A DNA stretch of 64,000 nt, taken from an uncultured virus (IMG/VR IMGVR_UViG_3300033143_001932) (Duplodnaviria; Heunggongvirae; Uroviricota; Caudoviricetes; Crassvirales). Below are positions 56,915-64,000 of the stretch, in pieces (within the stretch, counting starts at the first letter, position 1; every line of letters begins with the position of its first letter). Position numbers and translations under genes: made by a program. The stretch lies in IMG/VR virus record IMGVR_UViG_3300033143_001932, one strand, 5' to 3'. The notes beneath the pieces are model-generated. The model was given only the letters and a program-made list of their open reading frames with translations, was not told the DNA's origin and ran no database searches.

Positions 56915-57260
56915 AGGTAATTAAGGGGACAACAAAGAGTTAATAAGACAATAGAAAGGTTTTAAGAGGGTTTAAAAGGGTTGAAATGTTAAGGGGTTTA
57001 AAGAGGGGTTAAGGGTGTTATCCCTTTGCTTAAAGGGTGCAAGGGTTAAGAGTTTAATGAAGGGTAAAGGGGGACGGGGTACGGGTACGGGGTTGAGTAT
57101 TGCAGTAATGAGGGGGGGGAGTTAGTGTGATCACGCGCGCGCGTGTCCACGCGTTAGCGCGCAAGCGCGCGAGTGCGTGCGAGGTGTGCGAAAACGTGAA
57201 AAAGTTCGGGCGAAATTTTTTAAAAAAAGAACCCCCCTTGTTTTTTAAATCGTTTTTCTG
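56915..57260. other. G-skewed and CG-alternating non-coding block at the strand switch
   Basis: repeated AAGGG(G)TT, G-tracts at 57062-57119 and CGCG runs at 57132-57182 in an otherwise AT-rich genome. Confidence 0.7.
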
Positions 57261-57326
57261 GTGGGGTCGAGTCGTCAGCGCGTGGGGGTCATCCCCTGGT
57301 TATATGTATGTGATAAAATTTTTTGC

Positions 57327-57334
57327 TATCTTTG
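57327..57334 (+). promoter_or_regulatory. -7 promoter element TATCTTTG
   Basis: 16 nt upstream of ATG 57351. Confidence 0.65.
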
Positions 57335-57350
57335 TTATAAACTATACAAC

Positions 57351-57563
57351 ATGAAAAAGATTAGACGAAAAAAGAATTTAAGCTACGATCACGATTATAC
57401 TATAAAGAAAGGTAGACTTATTAATAATGCTCCAGAAACAACAACAGGACTTTGGAAGGAAGCACAAAGAAGAAAGGCTATGAAAAGAGCTGACAAGGTT
57501 AGGATGATAGCTGAAGCAAACGAACTAGCTAACATGAATATAGACCTATTTAAAAAAATATAA
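57351..57563 (+). CDS. small basic protein (start probably 57351)
   Basis: MKKIRRKKNLSY...; lies between a promoter and a terminator. Confidence 0.6.
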   Translation: MKKIRRKKNLSYDHDYTIKKGRLINNAPETTTGLWKEAQRRKAMKRADKVRMIAEANELANMNIDLFKKI

Positions 57564-57595
57564 CGATTTCTTTTCTCCATAGTTCGTCTAAAATC

Positions 57596-57627
57596 GGGAA
57601 CGTTTTCACTCAGCGTTCCCTTTTTTT
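57596..57627 (+). terminator. intrinsic terminator
   Basis: GGGAACG...CGTTCCC followed by T7. Confidence 0.7.
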
Positions 57628-57804
57628 ATGTTATAAATCTAAGTTTTATGTTGGTTTTATGTTATAAATTCAAAGCTAACTTGTTGTAAACCAATAGTAT
57701 ATGTTACCATGTTACTTTCTACTCACACCCGTTAAGTATAAAAAAATAAAAAGTATAAAAAAAAATAAAAGTGATATAGGTACGGAAAACCAACATTCCA
57801 ACAT
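57628..57804. repeat. origin-like iteron array 2 (5x ATGTT plus 2x AACAT)
   Basis: ATGTT at 57628, 57648, 57659, 57701, 57709; AACAT at 57792, 57800. Confidence 0.7.
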
Positions 57805-57863
57805 TTTGCTACTCTTCATATTTTGCGTAGATTTGTATTAACAATAAACTACAATACAATACA

Positions 57864-59435
57864 ATGATAGTAAAAGATATTAGCTTTGGCGATGAAGCTA
57901 GAGGTGCCTTAATCGCAGGCATAAACAAAATCGCTAATGCTGTAAAAAGCACACTAGGTGCGCGAGGTCGCACAGTCTTAATTGAATCAACTGAGCACAT
58001 AGGCGGTATAACGGTAACAAAGGATGGAGTAACTGTTGCTAACAGCATCAACCTTATGGACCCGACTGAAAATTTAGCTGTAGTAATGATGCGTCAAGCT
58101 GCATCCAAGACAGCTAGTGAAGCTGGTGACGGAACGACTACAGCTATAGTGTTAGCTCAAGCATTGATCCATGAAGCTCAAACACGTATAAAGCCGGAGA
58201 TGAACTTGACTCAGATTATGAGAGCTATTCAATCTAGTTCGGATTACATACTAAAGCTATTAACTGACATGTCGGACCAGGTGAATGAGGATAGGCTGCT
58301 AGATGTCGCCTCTATTTCAGCTAATAATGATTCGGAGATTGGGGAAATAATATACAACGCTTACAATAATGTAGGTAAGCATGGAGTGGTGACGGTAGAG
58401 AATGCGCAAGGGTCTGAGACTTATTGCACAGTTAGTGAAGGTATGCGTATAGCCCGTGGGTATTTGTCTAGGTATTTTATAACTAACAAGAAAACCAGTG
58501 AATGCGTTTTGGAGAAACCATACATCTTAGTTCTTGATCAAGAGGTTGAGCAGTTCGGGAATATTGAACAGGTCCTGGCTGATGTGTACAAAGAAGGGCG
58601 TTCCATACTAATCATTTCTAACTTAAGTCCAAACATTATAAACACACTAAACCTCAACCGAGCTAGAAATGGTTTAAAGGTTTGTGCTATTCAACCACCG
58701 CAGTTTGGTTGGAAGTCAAACGAGCTGATGGAGGATATAGCGATAGCAACTGGCGCAACATATTTTAGTGAGTCGACTGGCGACAATCTACAATCAGTCT
58801 CCATAGCCGATCTTGGTTTCTGTGATAAAGTAATCGTAGACCAAACACATACCATACTAGTGCGAAACGAGGACAATGACCAAGTGGTTAATGACCGAGT
58901 GTCCGTCCTGTGGGAAGAGCATGATAACCATAAAAATAAAGACACTCAAGAATTTATTCGCGAGCGCATAGCTGTACTGTCAGGACGAATCGGAGTAATC
59001 CACGTAGGAGCCAATTCAGACATAGAGCAAAAAGAAAAGCGCGATAGGGTGGATGATGCTGTCTGCGCGACTCGCGCAGCACTGGAGGACGGAATTCTCT
59101 CCGGAGGTGGTGTCGCACTTAGGGACATCTCCACAAAGGTTGGCTCTCAAAAAGGATCATGTGAAGAAGATCAGGTCGCTTACGCAATTTTAGAAAAAGC
59201 ACTGCGTGCTCCTTATAATCAAATATTAGCCAATGCGGGTCTGGACTATCCAGCACCCTCTGGACAAAGAAAGGGCTACGGCATAAATGTCAAGACTATG
59301 AAAAGTGGGAACATGCGTAAGCTAGGCATCATTGACCCAACTAAAGTAACAAAGAGTGCTATAGTAAATGCGATATCTGTAGCTACAACTATCCTATCAA
59401 CTAATGCTATAATAACAAACATAAGACAACAATGA
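57864..59435 (+). CDS. groEL: phage chaperonin GroEL
   Basis: VKSTLGARGR, VTKDGVTVA, AGDGTTTA, RVDDAVCATRAALEDGILSGGG and IIDPTKVT motifs. Confidence 0.95.
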   Translation: MIVKDISFGDEARGALIAGINKIANAVKSTLGARGRTVLIESTEHIGGITVTKDGVTVANSINLMDPTENLAVVMMRQAASKTASEAGDGTTTAIVLAQALIHEAQTRIKPEMNLTQIMRAIQSSSDYILKLLTDMSDQVNEDRLLDVASISANNDSEIGEIIYNAYNNVGKHGVVTVENAQGSETYCTVSEGMRIARGYLSRYFITNKKTSECVLEKPYILVLDQEVEQFGNIEQVLADVYKEGRSILIISNLSPNIINTLNLNRARNGLKVCAIQPPQFGWKSNELMEDIAIATGATYFSESTGDNLQSVSIADLGFCDKVIVDQTHTILVRNEDNDQVVNDRVSVLWEEHDNHKNKDTQEFIRERIAVLSGRIGVIHVGANSDIEQKEKRDRVDDAVCATRAALEDGILSGGGVALRDISTKVGSQKGSCEEDQVAYAILEKALRAPYNQILANAGLDYPAPSGQRKGYGINVKTMKSGNMRKLGIIDPTKVTKSAIVNAISVATTILSTNAIITNIRQQ

Positions 59436-59689
59436 AAGCAATAGGTAAATATTTGCTGATTGAATCTCAAGCAGAAGAACACACTACCAAAAACGGATTG
59501 CTGATAACTGGAGATGATGTAGCTCAAGTTAGATATGCTCGCGGAAAAGTTATTAGTGTGGGATCGGATGTAAAACATATATCACAAGATGATATTATAT
59601 ATTACGACAAACGAAACACGCATATAGCAAGAATTGAAGGTGCTGCTTATCAAGTTGTTCCTGAAGCTTGTGTGGTAATTGTTTTGTAA
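59432..59689 (+). CDS. groES: co-chaperonin GroES
   Basis: 85 aa; TTKNGLLI mobile loop and GKVISVG; overlaps the groEL stop. Confidence 0.85.
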   Translation: MKAIGKYLLIESQAEEHTTKNGLLITGDDVAQVRYARGKVISVGSDVKHISQDDIIYYDKRNTHIARIEGAAYQVVPEACVVIVL

Positions 59690-59698
59690 AAAAATACT

Positions 59699-59706
59699 TA
59701 TCTTTG
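59699..59706 (+). promoter_or_regulatory. -7 promoter element TATCTTTG
   Basis: upstream of the basic-protein cluster. Confidence 0.65.
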
Positions 59707-59723
59707 GTGTATAAATTATACCA

Positions 59724-60020
59724 ATGGCAAAAACTTCTAAAGCAAGCATGCCTTGCAACAAACCAAGGAGATCTAATCGTCCAGGAAAAAAAATGATGGT
59801 TAAAGGCTGTGAAGGTGGAAAGGAAAAACTTCTACACTTTGGAGCTAAAGGTTATGGTCATAATTATTCTCCAGCAGCTCGTAGGTCATTCAGAGCTAGA
59901 CACAAATGTGCTACAGCTACAAGTAAATTAACGGCTAGATATTGGGCGTGTAAAAAACTGTGGGCTGGAAAAGGGGGCTCCACTAAAAGCTCTCCAAAAA
60001 ATAAACAAGGAAAATATTAA
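59724..60020 (+). CDS. conserved small basic viral protein
   Basis: LLHFGAKGY..RRSFRARHKC..TARYWAC motif. Confidence 0.7.
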   Translation: MAKTSKASMPCNKPRRSNRPGKKMMVKGCEGGKEKLLHFGAKGYGHNYSPAARRSFRARHKCATATSKLTARYWACKKLWAGKGGSTKSSPKNKQGKY

Positions 60021-60024
60021 CACA

Positions 60025-60210
60025 ATGAATTATAGAACATCACTTCCATTACATGAGACAGAGTTTCTTGATGAGTGGCCCAAAAAGAAAAGAAAAAATA
60101 AATCAAAAGGGAACAATAGGTCTATTAAGGATAAAAGAAGAGCTCATAAGAAGCAGCTAAAAAAGTGTGGTAAAAAAACCTTGGGAAGCTGTAAGGTTGT
60201 AAAAAGATAA
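60025..60210 (+). CDS. basic protein with RTSLPLHxTEF leader (copy 1)
   Basis: MNYRTSLPLHETEF followed by a K/R-rich tail. Confidence 0.7.
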   Translation: MNYRTSLPLHETEFLDEWPKKKRKNKSKGNNRSIKDKRRAHKKQLKKCGKKTLGSCKVVKR

Positions 60211-60254
60211 GATATAGCTAAGAAAAGAAAAGTAACTAGAAAAAAAAGTAAGAC

Positions 60255-60455
60255 ATGAGTAAGATGACTAACAGAAAACGCAAATGCCCTAAAGGAGAAA
60301 GGTTTAATAAGGGTAAAAACAAATGTGTAGAAACACTTATTAGTAAAGCTGGCATAGACAGCCCAGGGGCTGTAGCTGGTTTAATTGGTGTTTTAGGTGG
60401 AGGATTAGGAGCTTACGCTAAAGTAAAGTCGGATATTAAAAAGCAAGGACGATGA
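60255..60455 (+). CDS. small basic protein with Gly-rich hydrophobic segment
   Basis: KCPKGERFNKGKNKCV plus AVAGLIGVLGGGLGAYA. Confidence 0.6.
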   Translation: MSKMTNRKRKCPKGERFNKGKNKCVETLISKAGIDSPGAVAGLIGVLGGGLGAYAKVKSDIKKQGR

Positions 60456-60619
60456 ATTATAGAACATCGCTCCCGTTACACCCAACCGAATTTCCTGAAG
60501 TGTCTAAAAAAGATAGACGAAAGGTTAAAAGATATTCCCGCAAAGCGGTAAAAGGTAAGTCCACAAAGAAAAGTAGACGAGAGACTAGTAAGTTATATTA
60601 TAAAATAGTAGGATTGTAA
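60452..60619 (+). CDS. basic protein with RTSLPLHxTEF leader (copy 2; not in ORF track)
   Basis: MNYRTSLPLHPTEFPEVSKKDRRKVKRYSRKAVKGKSTKKSRRETSKLYYKIVGL; ATGA overlap with the upstream stop. Confidence 0.75.
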   Translation: MNYRTSLPLHPTEFPEVSKKDRRKVKRYSRKAVKGKSTKKSRRETSKLYYKIVGL

Positions 60620-60649
60620 AGAATCTTAAGAAACAAACAAGAAATAATT

Positions 60650-61066
60650 ATGTCATATAGAACCTCATTACCATTGCACCCAACTGAATTTGGAAAACCT
60701 TTAGTAACTAAGAAAAGGAAAAAACACGCCAGATCTATTCGCCCTACATCTAGAAAAAATCCAGATGGAAGTAGAAGTTCACATATAATGGAGTCTGGTG
60801 AGTCTGACGGCAAGTACAAATATCAAGTAAACCCAACCCTATTAAAAGAAGGCACAGCAGGGTGGAGAGAAGCACAGAAACGAGGAGAGGTATATGGATT
60901 TAAGAGTAAGAAAAGAGCTGAAAAGTTTGCTTATGGCAGTTGGAAAAAGGGAAAAGATAAAAGAACCGGCATGAAGCACTATCGTTGTGAGAAAAAAGGA
61001 TATACCTGGAACAACAATACCAATACTTGTGAGAAAAAGAAAACAGGTAAAAAAAGAAACAAATAA
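60650..61066 (+). CDS. basic protein with RTSLPLHxTEF leader (copy 3)
   Basis: MSYRTSLPLHPTEF; NPDGSRSSH..AQKRGEVYGF..AEKFAYGSWK. Confidence 0.7.
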   Translation: MSYRTSLPLHPTEFGKPLVTKKRKKHARSIRPTSRKNPDGSRSSHIMESGESDGKYKYQVNPTLLKEGTAGWREAQKRGEVYGFKSKKRAEKFAYGSWKKGKDKRTGMKHYRCEKKGYTWNNNTNTCEKKKTGKKRNK

Positions 61067-61095
61067 AATAACTATCTTTACAAAAAAACAAAATT

Positions 61096-61332
61096 ATGAA
61101 ACAAGGATATAACTCAAGACTAGATGAATCTTTAGGTGCAAAGCACGGAAAGAAGTCACAAAGCTATGCGTCAAGAAGACATGAAAGCGAAGCTATGGAA
61201 AAAAAATATCATGGTCACAAGTATGGATCAGATGCAGATATGTCTTATAGAGACAATTTTAAAGACAAGTGTGCGCACGTTGTAAAAGGTGGACACGTTG
61301 CTAAAGCACTAGAGCATCAATTTAGAAAATAA
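61096..61332 (+). CDS. small basic His-rich protein
   Basis: MKQGYNSRLDESLG..RRHESEAMEK; TATCTTTA at 61073-61080 upstream. Confidence 0.65.
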   Translation: MKQGYNSRLDESLGAKHGKKSQSYASRRHESEAMEKKYHGHKYGSDADMSYRDNFKDKCAHVVKGGHVAKALEHQFRK

Positions 61333-61335
61333 GAC

Positions 61336-61596
61336 ATGGCTAGTAAGTTAGAAAAAATGAGGGAAAAGCCCGGAGGTTCTAACGCTGGTAAATACAAAAA
61401 CGTTTCTAAAGGAGACTTTTGTGGACCATCAGGAGGAGCACCTCAAGGTAGTTACCCGGTAAACACAAGGGAGAGAGCTGAATCAGCTCTTAAGCTTGCT
61501 CACAATGCACCTAATCCAGAAGGGATTAAGTCTTGTGTGTATAGGAAATACCCAGGTCTTAAGAAAAAAAGCTTAATGCATAATCGTAAGAAGTAA
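61336..61596 (+). CDS. small basic protein
   Basis: FCGPSGG..SYPVNTRERAESALKLAHNAPNPEGIKSCV. Confidence 0.65.
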   Translation: MASKLEKMREKPGGSNAGKYKNVSKGDFCGPSGGAPQGSYPVNTRERAESALKLAHNAPNPEGIKSCVYRKYPGLKKKSLMHNRKK

Positions 61597-61964
61597 TGTC
61601 TAAACTAGGTGGAGGTAAGCACGAGCGTCAATTAAAGAGAGAGGAGCGTAGGCGTAGGCGTCAGTGGCAAAAAAGATCTTCAGCAAAAGGTGTAGAAAAA
61701 CCTAATTGCACTACTCTTTCTTGTCGAAACCCAGGGACTAAGAGTAAAGCTCAAAGACAAAGGGAGAGAGAGGCTCGTAAAGATGAGCGTCAAGACAACA
61801 GAGCTAAAAACAAGCAATTAAGAAAAGATAAAAGAGAGCTAAAAAAAGACATTAGAAAAGAAAAGAGAGCGGTGAGAAAGAGTTCTAAAACGAAACCCAT
61901 CCCATCTTTAATTGCTGGTCCTCCAAAATCTAAAGAAAAATCTAAAAACCCTAGGTTTATGTAG
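61596..61964 (+). CDS. very basic low-complexity protein
   Basis: 122 aa, R/K-rich. Confidence 0.6.
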   Translation: MSKLGGGKHERQLKREERRRRRQWQKRSSAKGVEKPNCTTLSCRNPGTKSKAQRQREREARKDERQDNRAKNKQLRKDKRELKKDIRKEKRAVRKSSKTKPIPSLIAGPPKSKEKSKNPRFM

Positions 61965-61965
61965 A

Positions 61966-62379
61966 TTACCATCTTCCTTGATTAATATCTTTTATAACCT
62001 TACGATAAACTTTATCATTATATGTAACCCGCTCTTTTAGGAGTGGGTTTCTTTTTGGTGTAGATGGAATCTTCTCTTCACCATTAAGTATTTTGTATGC
62101 TCTATTAACCAAAGTCTTAGCTTTATGTGAAAGCTCATAAAGAGAATACCCACGACCATGTTGTTTCCTCCAGGTCACAATCCACCCTTCATTCATTAAA
62201 CGTTTAAATCGTTTTCGCTCCCAATTAAAAACAGCTTCATAGTCATCAAATATTTTTTTAGTGAACCTACCTTCACTATATAAAAAAAGAATAAGATCTA
62301 AATCTGACTGATTTAAATTATATTTACGTTTGATGTAATAGCGAACTACGCGCCAATGTTTCAGGAAGTCTGTGTTCAT
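61966..62379 (-). CDS. winged-helix (MarR-like) regulator
   Basis: YNLNQSDLDLILFLY..FKRLMNEGWI..YELSHKAK; only - strand gene in the late block. Confidence 0.65.
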   Translation of the reverse strand: MNTDFLKHWRVVRYYIKRKYNLNQSDLDLILFLYSEGRFTKKIFDDYEAVFNWERKRFKRLMNEGWIVTWRKQHGRGYSLYELSHKAKTLVNRAYKILNGEEKIPSTPKRNPLLKERVTYNDKVYRKVIKDINQGRW

Positions 62380-62403
62380 AAAAACTAATATAACATTTTT
62401 ATT

Positions 62404-62411
62404 TATCTTTG
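62404..62411 (+). promoter_or_regulatory. -7 promoter element TATCTTTG
   Basis: divergent from the wHTH gene, upstream of ATG 62430. Confidence 0.65.
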
Positions 62412-62429
62412 CAATAAACCTAATTAAAT

Positions 62430-62594
62430 ATGAAAAGTAGAGGACTAGGAGATAGTATCCATAAAATTACCAAAGCTACAGGTGTTCACACCTTAGTTGA
62501 TAAAGGAGCGAAAGCTTTAGGAAAGTCAGATTGCGGGTGTGATAAGCGTAGGGATACATTGAATCGTTTAATACCTTATCGCAAAAATAAATAA
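62430..62594 (+). CDS. 54-aa conserved phage protein (not in ORF track)
   Basis: MKSRGLGDSIHKITKATGV...DCGCDKRRDTLN. Confidence 0.7.
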   Translation: MKSRGLGDSIHKITKATGVHTLVDKGAKALGKSDCGCDKRRDTLNRLIPYRKNK

Positions 62595-62595
62595 A

Positions 62596-63063
62596 ATGGC
62601 ATATCAAAAATTACAAGTAAGCAGAGCTCTAGTAGTTATACCTAGTGACACCGTAGACATTCCGTTCCCAGGAGCACTTATGATCAGTAGTACCACAACT
62701 GGAGTGCCAGCTGCTCTTAACGTGGTGGATTTAGGCGGAGATTTTATAAACAAAGGAGTAAGACCTGGGGATATTATTTACTCCGGAACTACTATAGCCG
62801 CCACCGTGGTTACTGTGGATAGCGCAACGGAATTAACCGCCACAGCTGCCGTACCAAACGCAACCGATTATAAGATATACAAGGCGGGGGCAAATGAAGG
62901 CTGCGTATTGTATGTGGGTACAGGTGGAAATGTAGATTTAATTACAGCTGGTGGAGACACTGTGTTGTACACTGGTGTCCCAACAGGTATGTTTATGCCG
63001 GTTCAAGTGAAAAGAGTAAAAGCCTCACTTACTGGAGCCTCAACCATTATAGCGCAGTGGTAA
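62596..63063 (+). CDS. virion structural protein
   Basis: VIPSDTVDI..CVLYVGTGGNV..GMFMPVQVKRV. Confidence 0.65.
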   Translation: MAYQKLQVSRALVVIPSDTVDIPFPGALMISSTTTGVPAALNVVDLGGDFINKGVRPGDIIYSGTTIAATVVTVDSATELTATAAVPNATDYKIYKAGANEGCVLYVGTGGNVDLITAGGDTVLYTGVPTGMFMPVQVKRVKASLTGASTIIAQW

Positions 63064-63064
63064 A

Positions 63065-64000
63065 ATGGGAATAATTAACGGAATAGGAGTAGCTATTGAA
63101 AGTAGCACACAAGACGGTGTTCCTCAAGGTGGGGGAGGATTTCCCAACACGTATTCGTTAGAATTTGACGGAGTTGACGATGTTGTAAATGGCGGCAATT
63201 CAAGTGAGTTACAAATTACATCTGACATAAGTATATCAGCTTGGTTTAAAACTACCTCAACTAGCACTATGATTATAGTTGCTAAAAGAGATAGTCCTCT
63301 TGGCGGAAGCACTTATGGTTATCAGGTATATTGTTCGGGGGGTAAAGTAGTGTTTTTAGTCACAAGGTCAGGACCAACAACAACTTCTATTTTAGGAACA
63401 ACAACTATTTCTGATGGTGCTTGGCATCATGTTTTATGTACTATTAATCAAGCTTCACAAATATCTATAATTTTAGATGGATCAACAGAAGGCACTGCTT
63501 TATTACCAGCGGGTACTTTTATTGATAGTGATAGTGACTTGAGAATAGGTTACAATCAAATTGGTTCTTCTAATTACTATTTTAATGGAACCATTGATGA
63601 AGTGGCTATTTTTGACTCATTACAAAGTGGCTCTGTTATTTATAATAATGGTAAACCCGATGATTTAACTCCACTTAATCCCGTTGCTTGGTATCGAAAT
63701 GGCGACAACGGTTCATACAAATCTCCACAGTGGTTAATACCTAATAATATTAATAAGGATAAAGTATCGAATTATAGTTTTGAGTTTGATGGTATTGGGG
63801 ACAATATAAACTTAGGCACAAGTGTCCTTGACGGCTTAGGTGCTTTTAGTATTTCTTTTTGGTTCAATACAAGTTATGATAATTGGCAGTATTTTATGGG
63901 TGATAATAGCTTTAGATTTACTATGAAGCAATCTACTGACGATGTAAGAATAAATTTTAATGGTAGTGCTGTTTATAGAGCTGACCCTTTACCTGTAACT
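63065..64000 (+). CDS. LamG/ConA-like lectin-domain tail protein (3' partial)
   Basis: YSLEFDGVDD, SISAWFKT, DGAWHHV and FNGTIDEVAIF; a second unit starts at YSFEFDG; open to the window end. Confidence 0.8.
   Translation, partial: MGIINGIGVAIESSTQDGVPQGGGGFPNTYSLEFDGVDDVVNGGNSSELQITSDISISAWFKTTSTSTMIIVAKRDSPLGGSTYGYQVYCSGGKVVFLVTRSGPTTTSILGTTTISDGAWHHVLCTINQASQISIILDGSTEGTALLPAGTFIDSDSDLRIGYNQIGSSNYYFNGTIDEVAIFDSLQSGSVIYNNGKPDDLTPLNPVAWYRNGDNGSYKSPQWLIPNNINKDKVSNYSFEFDGIGDNINLGTSVLDGLGAFSISFWFNTSYDNWQYFMGDNSFRFTMKQSTDDVRINFNGSAVYRADPLPVT

Noticed and set aside
57127..57354. 75-aa ORF from the track
   Set aside because: Arises from the CG-repeat block with a GTG start and atypical composition; overlaps a promoter

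Overview
This window is about 64 kb of an AT-rich, podovirus-type tailed dsDNA phage genome, probably infecting Bacteroidota (Flavobacteriia). The host call rests on TAnnTTTG promoters and A-rich translation starts that mostly lack Shine-Dalgarno sequences. The + strand (57.3-64 kb, apparently continuing into 1-36.1 kb) carries groEL-groES, a cluster of small basic proteins, tail genes, a lysis cassette, terminase, portal, scaffold, major capsid protein, tail ring/stabilisation proteins and three ejection-type proteins, one of 3078 aa. The - strand (56.8 down to 36.1 kb) carries early and replication genes: an amidoligase plus GATase-GGCT pair, Sak3-like SSAP, PD-(D/E)XK exonuclease, primase-helicase, SNF2-like helicase, PAPS-reductase-like protein and VRR-NUC nuclease. 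No DNA polymerase, integrase or CRISPR array was recognised. The most notable unannotated signals are: (1) a ~730-nt terminator-bounded structured non-coding RNA followed by a D-arm-less tRNA-like element at the head of the early region; (2) a family of cationic proteins sharing an N-terminal RTSLPLHxTEF leader; (3) a 55-aa gene nested in the +1 frame of the giant ejection gene, plus an A10 slippery site and an HPD-less J-domain in that gene; (4) two origin-like ATGTT iteron arrays with near-identical spacing; (5) a G4/Z-DNA-like block at the strand switch; and (6) a gene broken by an exact 26-bp tandem duplication. All family assignments come from motif recognition by eye, not from database searches.
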